NCBI GenBank assembly: GCA_045863395.1
Contig: BTVJ01000046.1
Span: 1-60,861, forward strand
DNA: 60,861 bases
Source: Myxococcales bacterium
Lineage (GTDB): Bacteria; Myxococcota_A; UBA9042; JABWCM01; BTVJ01
Direction: 5' to 3'
Both the position numbers and the translations under genes were made by a program. The notes beneath the pieces were generated by a model. It saw nothing but the letters and a program-made list of their open reading frames with translations, was not told where the DNA came from and did not search any database. Positions 49,120 through 58,708 of the stretch are shown here, one piece after another. Numbering within the stretch: the stretch's first letter is position 1; every line of letters starts with the position of its first letter.

Positions 49120-50106
49120 ATGCGACGCGCCCTCGTGACTCTGGTGATGCTCGCCCTCGCAGCGCCCGCCACCGGCGCGCCGCCCAAGGAGCCTCCCATG
49201 CACCGCGACACTGTGAACACTGCCGCCGTGAGCGCCGACGGCGCCACCTTGCTGACCGGCTCCACCAGCGGCGAGGTGGTGTGGTGGAGCACCGCGCCGT
49301 TTCGAGCGATGCGAGAGCTGGTCGCGGGCGCGTCCGGCGAAGAGCGCGGGCGCATCGCTGCGCTGGCGGTGGACGCGCGAGGGGAGCGCGCGGCCGTCGC
49401 CGCCGACTGGGCCAAGGCCGTCGAGGTGTGGACCCTGCTGGGAGACGCGCCCGCGATGACGCCGCTGCCCGCCCACGGCGTTCGCACGACGGCGCTGGCG
49501 TGGTCGCCGGACGGGCTCCTCGCGACGGCCGGCCACGACCGGGGCCCTGCGCGAGCAGACGACGACGACGACGCCCTGCCGCCCATGCTGCCCGCCGTGG
49601 TGCGCCTGTGGTCTGGGACCAGGCTGGTCCGGGAGCTGGAGGGGCCCCCGGGGCGAGTGACGGCGCTGGCGTTCGGGCCCGGTGGGCACCTCTCCGCTGG
49701 CGGGGACGGCGAGGCGCGGGAGTGGGACGCGGCGACCGGCGCGCTGCGGGGGAAGACAAAGACCGCTGGGCAGGTCGCGGCCATCGTCTACGTCGGTGAC
49801 GAGCGGTGCGTCGTGGCGGCGGAGGGCGCCGCGTGCGGCGGGGCGCAGAGCGCAGAGGTGCGCGGGGTGCGCGCCCCTACCCTGGCGGCCGCGGTGACCG
49901 CCGCCCACGTCGCGGCAGGCACCTACGAGGCGCTCGTCGTGACCCGCAGGAGCGACGGGTCGGCCGTGGCGCAGATCCCAGGGCGTGCCGCTGCAGTGGT
50001 GCCCGTGCGCGGCGACCTGTGGGCCGTCTTCGAGTCATCCATCGTCGTGCTGCACGAGGGCGCGCCATCCGGGGCCAGCCACAACGTGCGTGTGCTCGCT
50101 CAATGA
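49120..50106 (+). CDS. Secreted WD40-like beta-propeller protein
   Basis: Signal peptide; HRDTVNTAAVSADG..VVWW, ALAWSPDG..ATAG, VTALAFGPGG..REWD. Confidence 0.8.
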   Translation: MRRALVTLVMLALAAPATGAPPKEPPMHRDTVNTAAVSADGATLLTGSTSGEVVWWSTAPFRAMRELVAGASGEERGRIAALAVDARGERAAVAADWAKAVEVWTLLGDAPAMTPLPAHGVRTTALAWSPDGLLATAGHDRGPARADDDDDALPPMLPAVVRLWSGTRLVRELEGPPGRVTALAFGPGGHLSAGGDGEAREWDAATGALRGKTKTAGQVAAIVYVGDERCVVAAEGAACGGAQSAEVRGVRAPTLAAAVTAAHVAAGTYEALVVTRRSDGSAVAQIPGRAAAVVPVRGDLWAVFESSIVVLHEGAPSGASHNVRVLAQ

Positions 50107-52106
50107 CGGAGCCCCTCGACGACTACACGCACCGCGTCCTGTGGCTGGGACGCGTGCGGATCGGCGTCCAGCGGCTGCTGCTCGCGCGGGGGAGGGCCGC
50201 AGGAGGCGGCATCCCCGCCGGCCCGCCCCGCTGGTCCGACGAGGTCTCCCACCTGCTGACGGGGGTGCCCGCATCAGGCGCCGACACCCTCGACGCCGTG
50301 GACGAGGAGCTGGCCGCCTACGACGCGGTCCTGCAGGAGCGGCTGCGCGTGACCCGAGAGGAGCGAGGGACGGCGCCAGGGGACGCGCTGCGGGCGCTCG
50401 GCCTCGGCTTCGACGAGGAGTGCCTGCTGTGGGCGGTGGCGGCACCCCAGATCGACCCGGCCGCGACGCGCCTGTTTCGCATGACGGGGGGAGTGGGGGC
50501 GACGGGGGTCCACCTCGACTACGCGGCCGCGGTCGCCTTCGGGCACCGCCACCGGGACCTGGACCGGGCGCTCGTACTCCTCGCGCCGGGGCGGGCCCTC
50601 TTGAGGCTGCGGGTGCTCGTCGGCGCGGGCGACCTCCTGGAGACGGCGCGGGTCCACCCGGACGTGGCGGCGCGCCTGGTCGGCGCCGCGCCCGCGTCCC
50701 TGGCGGGGCTCGTGGAGCCCGTCGCGCCGTTGGAGCAGCTCGTGATGCCCGAGGGCGTCCTGGACCGTGCCCGCGAGGCCCCCCGGCTGTGGATGGTCGG
50801 CCCCGACGGCGCCGGGCGCCGCTCGCTCGCCGCGGCGCTGTCCGGGGGGTGCTGGTCCCTGGACGCGGCGCGGATCGATCCGCGGACCGGTGCCCCGGTG
50901 CTGCGCGACGTCATCAGGGAGGTGCGCCTCGCTGGCGCGGCCCTGCACGTCCGCAGCGGCGACCGCTGGCTCGCGCGGGCGACGGCGGACGCGGCCTTCG
51001 TCGCCACGCTCGTCGACCTGCTCTCCGACCACCCCCTCCCCGTCAGCTTCGACTCCCTGGCGGCTCCGAGCCTGAGCGTGACGTTGCCCGGCCTGCGCTG
51101 GCTGGAGCTCCCGACCCCCGACGAGCCGAGCCGGCGCCGGCTGTGGCGCCAGCACCTGCCCGGTGCGCCGGACGCGACGATCACCGACCTGTCCCGCCGC
51201 TACCTGATGACGGGCGGCCAGATCGCGCGGGCCGCCGAGCGGGCGACGGACACGAGCTTCAGCGAGCTGGCGCGACGGGCCCGCGCCGAGCAGACCAGCG
51301 AGCTCTCGACGCTGTGCCAGCGCGTGGAGCACACCCTCGGCTGGGAGGACCTGGTCGTCTCGGGGGCGGTGCGCGCCCAGCTCCAGGACGTGCTCGACTA
51401 TGCGAGGCTGCGACAGCGCATCTTCGACGACTGGGGCTTCCACCGGAAGCTCGCCTATGGCCGCGGCATGACCGTGCTCCTCGCGGGTCCTCCGGGGACG
51501 GGCAAGACCATGCTGGCGGGGGTCTTGGCGGGGGAGCTGGGCCTGGACCTGTACATGGTGGACCTCTCGCAGGTGACGAGCAAGTACGTGGGCGAGACGG
51601 AGAAGCAGCTCGACCGCATCTTCTCTCTGGCGGAGCAGACCCACGCCATGCTGCTGTTCGACGAGGCGGACAGCCTGTTCGCCAGACGCACCGAGGTCCG
51701 CTCCAGCAACGACCGCTGGGCCAACCTGGAGGTCAACTTCCTGCTCCAGCGGGTGGAGGCCTACGACGGCCCCACGGTCCTGACCACCAACTTCAAGAGC
51801 GCGCTGGACGAGGCCCTGCTGCGGCGCATCCGCTTCAAGATCGACCTGGACAAGCCGGGACCAGGGGACCGCGCCCGGCTCTGGCGCACCATGCTCCCCC
51901 CGGAGGCGCCCGTGGCGGCTGACGTGGACTACGAGTGGCTTGGCCGCGACTTCGACCTCTCTGGGGGCGAGATCAAGAACGCCGTCGTGAGGGCAGCCAT
52001 CCAGGCGGCAGCGGGGGGGACGAGCATCACCATGGACGTGCTGTGCGACGCCGCGGAGGCCACGTGCGAGGAGACCGGGCGGCTCGTGAGGCGGCGGGAG
52101 AGCTGA
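50103..52106 (+). CDS. AAA+ ATPase (Afp15/Pvc15-like), degenerate first AAA domain
   Basis: ATGA overlap; GPDGAGRRS (degenerate Walker A), GPPGTGKT, SKYVGETEK, LLFDEAD, DRWANLEVNFLLQ, GGEIKNA. Confidence 0.87.
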   Translation: MTEPLDDYTHRVLWLGRVRIGVQRLLLARGRAAGGGIPAGPPRWSDEVSHLLTGVPASGADTLDAVDEELAAYDAVLQERLRVTREERGTAPGDALRALGLGFDEECLLWAVAAPQIDPAATRLFRMTGGVGATGVHLDYAAAVAFGHRHRDLDRALVLLAPGRALLRLRVLVGAGDLLETARVHPDVAARLVGAAPASLAGLVEPVAPLEQLVMPEGVLDRAREAPRLWMVGPDGAGRRSLAAALSGGCWSLDAARIDPRTGAPVLRDVIREVRLAGAALHVRSGDRWLARATADAAFVATLVDLLSDHPLPVSFDSLAAPSLSVTLPGLRWLELPTPDEPSRRRLWRQHLPGAPDATITDLSRRYLMTGGQIARAAERATDTSFSELARRARAEQTSELSTLCQRVEHTLGWEDLVVSGAVRAQLQDVLDYARLRQRIFDDWGFHRKLAYGRGMTVLLAGPPGTGKTMLAGVLAGELGLDLYMVDLSQVTSKYVGETEKQLDRIFSLAEQTHAMLLFDEADSLFARRTEVRSSNDRWANLEVNFLLQRVEAYDGPTVLTTNFKSALDEALLRRIRFKIDLDKPGPGDRARLWRTMLPPEAPVAADVDYEWLGRDFDLSGGEIKNAVVRAAIQAAAGGTSITMDVLCDAAEATCEETGRLVRRRES

Positions 52107-52415
52107 TCGGGTCACCGACGAGTTGCCACACGCCCCTCACGGCCGCCTTCGGGCGGCTCGGCCCCTGCCCACCGCGGGGGTACCAGAGGCCAACCACACC
52201 GTTGGAGCAGGCCGATCCGTGACCGGGCGCGACCGCGAGGGCTGGTCGCTCCGCGCTTGGGCCAGTGACGAGACGGCCGCCCTCTCCAGAGTCGAGGGCC
52301 CCGTCGCGCTGCCCGTCATCCATGTGGGTGATGTTCGAGGAGGAGCCGCCCGGGGACAGCAGCGGCCGGCACTGGAGTCCGACCTCTGAAGACCGGCCGG
52401 GGGTCGTACCAGCGG

Positions 52416-53435
52416 TCAGGGGCAGACCACCTTGCAGGCTCCAGAAGCGTCGCAGACCTTCTCGCAGGTGTTGGCGTCCGGGGGGGCGACGCAGACCGCT
52501 GTGAGCTTGCAGGGGACCATGCAGGCCGGGTCGCCCGAGGCGCAGCCGGGGCAGTCGAGCTGCTCCTCGCAGGAGGTGCCCGCCGGGCAGGCGACGCTGT
52601 CGCACAGGCTGGGGGGCGGCGGCGGAGTGGGGCCGCAGCAGGCGTACTTGACGTAGCGGGTGAGCCCCTCGCCACAGTCATCGAAGGTGCCGTAGTCGGC
52701 GAGGTCCAGGCCCTGGGCCATGCACTGCTCCCATGCGTAGAGCTTCCAGGTGCCGGCGTCCTTGCAGCTCGTGGGGCCGCCCAGTACGTCCGACGTGCAG
52801 GCCACTGGCTCCGTCGAGCCGGGCTGCGACGGCCCTGGCTCCGACGGCTCGGAGGGATCCTCAGGGCCCCACGTCCCGTCCGGGTTCGGCTGGTTCGGGT
52901 CCCACGGGGCCCCGTCGGGGCTCGGGGGCTCGCCCGAGCCCCAGCCTCCGCCACCCCCGTGGGGACAGCCGCCCTTGTGGCCGCCCTTGTGGCCGCCCTT
53001 GGGGCCGCCCTTGGGGCCGCCCTCGGGGCCACCGCCGTCGCAGCCGTCCTGGTCGCACGGGGCGCCGGGACCCATGCCGCAAGCGGAGTCCCCAGGGGCG
53101 CACTGCGGGCCGTTCGCGTCGCAGTGCTCCCGGCAGTTGCCCGCCGAATCGCACCACGTCACGCAGGCCACGCCGCTGCACACCTCCATACACTTGCCCG
53201 TCTCGTCGCAGCGCGGGAAGCACTCGGGGCCCGCCTGCCCCTGGTCGACGGCGCAGTAGAGCCGGCACCCGGACCCGTCCGCATCGCATAGGGTCACGCA
53301 GTCTCTGTCGGTCCACCCCGCGCCTTGCTCGTTCAGCGACCCGCCCGACTCCCCGAGGGAGGACCCATCGCCTCCCTCGCAGGCGGCGAGCGCCAGAAGC
53401 ACCAGCCAATGCACTCGAAACCAGCGCGCGTTCAT
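52416..53435 (-). CDS. Cys-rich lipoprotein with Gly/Pro/His low-complexity linker
   Basis: GGAGG RBS; lipobox LAAC; CxxxCDxxGxC repeats. Confidence 0.8.
   Translation of the reverse strand: MNARWFRVHWLVLLALAACEGGDGSSLGESGGSLNEQGAGWTDRDCVTLCDADGSGCRLYCAVDQGQAGPECFPRCDETGKCMEVCSGVACVTWCDSAGNCREHCDANGPQCAPGDSACGMGPGAPCDQDGCDGGGPEGGPKGGPKGGHKGGHKGGCPHGGGGGWGSGEPPSPDGAPWDPNQPNPDGTWGPEDPSEPSEPGPSQPGSTEPVACTSDVLGGPTSCKDAGTWKLYAWEQCMAQGLDLADYGTFDDCGEGLTRYVKYACCGPTPPPPPSLCDSVACPAGTSCEEQLDCPGCASGDPACMVPCKLTAVCVAPPDANTCEKVCDASGACKVVCP
52968..53027. repeat. Five 12-nt tandem repeats encoding GGP(E/K)/GGHK
   Basis: gccgcccttgtg x2, gccgcccttggg x2, gccgccctcggg. Confidence 0.85.
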
Positions 53436-53700
53436 CTGGGATCGCCTCCGTGGAGCTCTCGTCTGAGGGAAGGGCGCACGCCGCGGCGGCCCACGAGCGC
53501 TCAGCCTACGCCTCGGGTCGGGCGCGTGCAACGAGGATCGCGCCCACCGCCCCGTGCAGCACGCGCCCAGCAACGCGACGCCCCGGCTCGCCCGCGTGGT
53601 CGCCGCCAGACTCTGCAGCCGGAAGCGCCGGTTGGTCGTGGCAGTGGCAGCAGGCTCGACCCAGTCCCTCGGAGCCCACTCCCCCTCGCCGCTCCCCCTC

Positions 53701-56700
53701 TCAGCGCGGCGTCGCCGCCACCCGCAGGTTGCCGCTCGTGCCGCGGGTCTCGGGGTCGTAGTAGGCGTAGGCCGTCGCGCCGCGCTGGGTCACGTCGCAG
53801 GGGGCCGTGGCCTCCAGCTCCCAGGATAGATCCACGGACGCCCCCGGGGCGAGCTGCTCCCGGTAGAGGTGGATCTCGCTGCCCTGGTCGTCGGCGCGGG
53901 TGACGAGGCCATCTGACTCCAGGCGGCGGAGGCTCGAGTCCGACGCTCGGAAGCCCGGCGGGACCGGCGCCACCACAGTCGGCATGGGCACGAGCGCCTT
54001 GCCCGGGTTGCGGAGCGTCAAGGTGAGCCGCGTCGTGCGCCCCACCTGGACCGGGCGGCCATCGTGGCGCAGGGAGACCTCGAGCCCCTGCGCGATGGGG
54101 GCCGGGTCGTCGAGGCGCCGCCAGCTCGCCCTGAGATCCGCGAGCAGAGCGCCCTTGTCCTTGGCGTGGACTGCGATGGTGTGGGCTCCTGCCTCCAGGG
54201 CGAGGTCCAGCGTGGGGAGCGCCGCCGCGTCCAGATCCAGCACGCCCACCTCGCGCCCGTCGAGGAGCACGGTCGCCGCGCCCGACGCCGGGCGCCCCGC
54301 GTCCTCGGCCATGAGCGCCACGCTGCGCAGCGCCTGCACCGTGGCCTGGGTGGTGCCCCACCCGTAGCTCGGGCTCCGCGCGGACCACAGCCAGCGCTTG
54401 GCGGCGCCGCGGTCCGGCTCCAGGGTGGCGTCGCCGATCAGCGCGCGCAGCGCCGTGGCCGTGACCTCCACGTCGGCAGCCTTGCCGCCCCCGTAGAGGA
54501 GGGTCTGGGCGCCCGCCGCCCAGCGCAGGGTGTCGTCCTGGCGCTCCGCCCGGCTCGCCAGCAGCGCCAGGGGGCGCTCGGGGGAGGCGCCCGCTGCGCG
54601 CTCCGCTGCCGCCCACAGCGCCAGCAGATAGGGGCGCTCGGCGAGGTCCGCCTCGTGGGCGCGCAGATACCCGAGGGCCCGCTTGACGGCCTTCCCGGAG
54701 CCTCCTGCCTCGGCCAGCGACCACGCGATCCAGGCGGTGGTCGAGACGTTGCCCTGCACGGCGCTCCAGTCGTGGAGCCAGCTCTTGTCCGGCTCCCAGG
54801 AGCCATCCTCTCGCTGGAGCCCCACGAGCCACTTCCGGGTGCGGGCGATGAGCGCCGGATCCACCGGCGAGACCTTTGCCATGTCCGCAAACTCCACCAG
54901 GCCGTAGGCGGTCAGCACCCTGTTGGCCGGCGGGTTGCCGAACCAGGAGAAGCCGCCGCCGTCCACCTCGAAGGTCAGCAGGCGCTGGTAGCCCTTGAGC
55001 ACCAGCTCGGCCGCACGCTTGCGGACCGGCTCCACCCCCTCGCGCTCCTTCAGCAGGCGGAGGATCAACAGGTTCGGGTAGGTCGTGCTGCTGGTCTGCT
55101 CGAAGCAGCCGTGGGGCTCGCGCAGCATGTCCTCCACGCCGTCCATCGCCTCGTCCGCGGGCCCCCGGTAGAGGCGCAGCCGGGAGCGCAGAGACGCGCG
55201 GTCCGCCTCGGGGGGCACCATCATGGAGAGCTCCCCCTCGCCGCGGATGGAGCCCGTCGTCAACGCACGCTCCAGGTGCCCGGGGGGCTCCACCCTCAGC
55301 GTGCGCTCGACTGCGTCGACGGGGCCGTCGGGTCCGAGCAACGTCAGCGTCAGGACCGCCTCGCCGCTCTCCGTCGCGACGATGGGGAACGGGACCGCCA
55401 CCGTGGCGCCGTCCGCCGCGACCAGCTCCCGCGCTGCCGGACCGTCCAGGCGGGCGGCGCCAGTCAGCGTCGCACGCACGGTCAGGGGCAGCTCCCGCCC
55501 CGAGTGGTTGGCGGCCACCGCGGTCAGGGTGTAGCGGTCGCCGATGGTCAGCTCGTCGGGCACGTCAGCGTCCACGTGGAGCGGCAGGAACGTCTCGATG
55601 CGTCCGGCGCCAGACCCGGCGCGCCCGTCCGGCGACAGGGCGTCCACGGAGACCTTCCACCCGGTGACGCTGTCGGCCATGGACACGTCGAGGACCGCAA
55701 AGCCCTGCGCGTCGGTGGGGACGCCCGCCGCCCAGAGCACCGTCTCGTCGAAGCGCTTGCGGACGGCCACGGTGCGGGTCGGCGCGGCGCCGCCCCCGGC
55801 GCGCATCGAGGCTCGCGAGCTTGCGTGCCCGAAGGCGACGGAGCCGCCGCCTCCCGCACCGAGGCCGGCCATGCCCATGCCGCCATGGGCGCGAGCGAGA
55901 GGCTCACACAGCAGCGCCAAGCGGGCGACCAGGTCGTCGCCGCTGTTCGCGACACCGTCGGCGCCCACGGAGACCACGTCGGCCAGGCACCCGCGCCCTC
56001 GCCGAATCAAGACTTCCTGCCCCCAAGCGTCCTGCGCCGGTGTCCCATCGAGGAGCGCCGCGAGGGGCGCTGCCCCACCCACCCTTGTCTTTGGGTCCTC
56101 GATGCCCCACGCCGCCTGGACCAGCTCCTGGAGGCGCATCCAGGTGACGGCGTCTGCGACCTGACCCACCGGGATGGGCCCGTGGAGAGCCTCGAGCCAC
56201 GCCTGATCCACGACCGTCTCGAAGGGGGTGCGCAGCGTGCTCGGCTGCCACCCGGCCGCCGTCAGGGCCTCCTCCACCGTCACCGCCAGCGCCCACCCAT
56301 CGCCGGTCCGCCGCACCACCGCGCCGGTCATGGCGGCCAGCGCGGGGGCCAGCGCGGCCCGGGCTTCGGCGATGCGCGCCCGCTGCTCCTCCAGCCTCGC
56401 GACGGAGGGGACGTCCACCCACGGGCGGGGCGGCTCCACCCGGAGCGACTGGAGGATCGCGGCCATCATCAGGTCGCGACCCCGGGCAGCGGGCGCCCCG
56501 AGCAGCTCCGCGAAGCCGACACCGGCCAGGTTTGCGGACTCGACGCCGTTGGTGGAGAACAGCTCCGCGAGGTGCGGCTTCGAGGCGCTCAAGCGCAGGA
56601 TGCGCTCGTCGACCACCGACGCCAGCAGCCCCACCCCGGCGGCAGGCCTCCCGTCGTCGCCGGTGACCCGCACGCGGACCTCCGTGTCCACGCCTGGGCG

Positions 56701-58641
56701 CACCCGGCCCGCCGTCTCGATGGCCACCGCCAAGGCGCGGGGGGCCACGTACACGCTCGCCCCGCCCACCACCAGATCGCGCAGACCGTCGGGGGCGGAG
56801 TAGGGGAGCGCGGCCACACGGACCCCCACCAGACCGTGGGTCCCCGTGGGGGGGAGCAGCGACGCGCGCCCCCCCACCACCGGCGCCGACGCCACCGGCA
56901 CGTTGCCCACGAGCAGGGTGGCGGCCAGGCTGTCACCACCACCCTCCACCGTGACGTCCACCGGCGTGCCGGCGGCCACCACTGGACGCGCGACACGCAC
57001 CGTCAAACCCTCCTCCACCGTCGGCGTGAGCTCCAGGGTGTCGGTCACCGGACCTGCGGCGGTCTCCGCCACCACCGTCACCGTCAGGGGATCGGGATCC
57101 ACCCAGCCAGCGCCCTCCACGGAGTTGACGCTGACGTGCAGCTTGGCCGAGATGGCCCCCTTTGGAGGTGCGACCGTGGACAGCGCCCGATCCGCGCACT
57201 GGAGGATGGCCGGGTCCCGCACGGCCCGGTGGAGGCCGTCGTCGAAGGACGACAGGATCACCCGCTCTGCCCGCCAGGCTCCACCGCGGGCGCGCACCAC
57301 CACCTCCAGCTCCCCACCACCGTCGTCGAGGCGCCCGCAGGCCCCGAGGCGCTCCACCTGGCGCTCGTGCAGCTCGAGGCCGCCCCAGTCTTCCCCCGCG
57401 CGGGTCATCATCTCATAGATGTTCATCCAGGATCGTGGGCTGTAATCCGGTTTTTCGCGCTTTGGCTTCCTTGTCTGGATCGTGGCTTCCAGGAGCCCGT
57501 CCGGCTCGTCGGATCGCGCCATCTCGCGCCCATTGACGCTCAGGCGCATCCGCGCAGGGGACAGCGCCCCGCTCGCGTCGAGGGCAAACGCCGTGACGCG
57601 CACGGGGCGCCCGGCCTGCGGTGTGGGGTCCTCCGGCACGATGACCACCTGGAGGTCCCCACCGGGGACCACCGCACGTGCCGTCCCCGCCTCAGTGCGG
57701 CCCGCGCCGTCGGTCACCCGCGCGGTCAGGGTGACGTCCTGTCCCCCGGAGCCGCTCGGGACCGGCACCTCGAAGGTGAAGCGACCCTGCGGGTCGGTAC
57801 CTCCGCTGAGCGCGACCGAGACTCCCCCAACCCGAGCATCCACGGCGACAGCGCCCGCCACCGGCTCCCCGTAGAGGTAGCGCGCGTCGACCACGCCGCG
57901 CAGCGGCTCGCCCGCGCGGATCTCGCCCCCCGTGGAGACGTCCACTGCAAACGCGGGCATCACGGGCTTGCGCACGTCGATGGTCTCGCTCGTGGCCGCC
58001 CTGGCGATCTTCGCCGTGAGCGTGTACGTACCGAGCAGCAGGTCGTCCGCGAGGGGGAGGACGCCGGCGACCATCCCGCTCGTGTCCGTGTCCAGCTCGC
58101 CGCGCCACACCTTGGTCCCCCGAGGGCTCTGGACCTCGACGGTCGCCCGCACCCCGGCCAGGGGCCGTCCCGTGGCGTCGTTCCAGGCGATGACCGCGAA
58201 GCGCACGGCCTGGCCTGGGCGGTAGATGCCCCGGTCGGTGCGCAGGAGCACGACGGACGAGTCCGTGATCGACACCGGAACGCGCGCCACGGCCTGTCCC
58301 TCGGCGGTCTCCGCCGTGATGATCAGCTCCCGGTCGCCGGGCTCGAGATCCGGCACTCTCACTGTCCGCCCCAGGCGCCCGTCCGGGCCCGTCGTCGCCT
58401 CCAGGAGGGTCACCGCTGACCCACCCTTGTGCTCCAATGCGAGGCGCACCCGCGCCCCCTCCAGCGGGCGCACGTCCGTCAGGGACCTGGCGAGACGCAC
58501 GGTGACGTCGATCACTGCGTCGGCGTTGCGGGTCAAGGTGGAGTCGGCGACCACGTCCAGGTCCACGATGGGCCGTGCCGCGACGCGGGGAGCGAGAGCG
58601 AGCAGGGCCAGGAGCGCGGCGAGCAGGGTCAGGCGGGACAT
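53701..58641 (-). CDS. Alpha-2-macroglobulin family protein
   Basis: Signal peptide, TDRGIYRPGQ (MG2), VDERI, RKRFDET..W, ADSVTGW, thioester PHGCFEQ, GGFSWFG, AYAYYDP. Confidence 0.93.
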   Translation of the reverse strand: MSRLTLLAALLALLALAPRVAARPIVDLDVVADSTLTRNADAVIDVTVRLARSLTDVRPLEGARVRLALEHKGGSAVTLLEATTGPDGRLGRTVRVPDLEPGDRELIITAETAEGQAVARVPVSITDSSVVLLRTDRGIYRPGQAVRFAVIAWNDATGRPLAGVRATVEVQSPRGTKVWRGELDTDTSGMVAGVLPLADDLLLGTYTLTAKIARAATSETIDVRKPVMPAFAVDVSTGGEIRAGEPLRGVVDARYLYGEPVAGAVAVDARVGGVSVALSGGTDPQGRFTFEVPVPSGSGGQDVTLTARVTDGAGRTEAGTARAVVPGGDLQVVIVPEDPTPQAGRPVRVTAFALDASGALSPARMRLSVNGREMARSDEPDGLLEATIQTRKPKREKPDYSPRSWMNIYEMMTRAGEDWGGLELHERQVERLGACGRLDDGGGELEVVVRARGGAWRAERVILSSFDDGLHRAVRDPAILQCADRALSTVAPPKGAISAKLHVSVNSVEGAGWVDPDPLTVTVVAETAAGPVTDTLELTPTVEEGLTVRVARPVVAAGTPVDVTVEGGGDSLAATLLVGNVPVASAPVVGGRASLLPPTGTHGLVGVRVAALPYSAPDGLRDLVVGGASVYVAPRALAVAIETAGRVRPGVDTEVRVRVTGDDGRPAAGVGLLASVVDERILRLSASKPHLAELFSTNGVESANLAGVGFAELLGAPAARGRDLMMAAILQSLRVEPPRPWVDVPSVARLEEQRARIAEARAALAPALAAMTGAVVRRTGDGWALAVTVEEALTAAGWQPSTLRTPFETVVDQAWLEALHGPIPVGQVADAVTWMRLQELVQAAWGIEDPKTRVGGAAPLAALLDGTPAQDAWGQEVLIRRGRGCLADVVSVGADGVANSGDDLVARLALLCEPLARAHGGMGMAGLGAGGGGSVAFGHASSRASMRAGGGAAPTRTVAVRKRFDETVLWAAGVPTDAQGFAVLDVSMADSVTGWKVSVDALSPDGRAGSGAGRIETFLPLHVDADVPDELTIGDRYTLTAVAANHSGRELPLTVRATLTGAARLDGPAARELVAADGATVAVPFPIVATESGEAVLTLTLLGPDGPVDAVERTLRVEPPGHLERALTTGSIRGEGELSMMVPPEADRASLRSRLRLYRGPADEAMDGVEDMLREPHGCFEQTSSTTYPNLLILRLLKEREGVEPVRKRAAELVLKGYQRLLTFEVDGGGFSWFGNPPANRVLTAYGLVEFADMAKVSPVDPALIARTRKWLVGLQREDGSWEPDKSWLHDWSAVQGNVSTTAWIAWSLAEAGGSGKAVKRALGYLRAHEADLAERPYLLALWAAAERAAGASPERPLALLASRAERQDDTLRWAAGAQTLLYGGGKAADVEVTATALRALIGDATLEPDRGAAKRWLWSARSPSYGWGTTQATVQALRSVALMAEDAGRPASGAATVLLDGREVGVLDLDAAALPTLDLALEAGAHTIAVHAKDKGALLADLRASWRRLDDPAPIAQGLEVSLRHDGRPVQVGRTTRLTLTLRNPGKALVPMPTVVAPVPPGFRASDSSLRRLESDGLVTRADDQGSEIHLYREQLAPGASVDLSWELEATAPCDVTQRGATAYAYYDPETRGTSGNLRVAATPR

Positions 58642-58708
58642 CGGGCACCTCCGGGGTGGGTCAACGATGACCCCCTGACCACCCCGGCCAGAGAAAGTTC
58701 CGCCACAC

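Noticed and set aside
52107..52415. Small ORFs in the gap between the ATPase and the Cys-rich lipoprotein
   Set aside because: No RBS, motif or convincing codon pattern; treated as intergenic.
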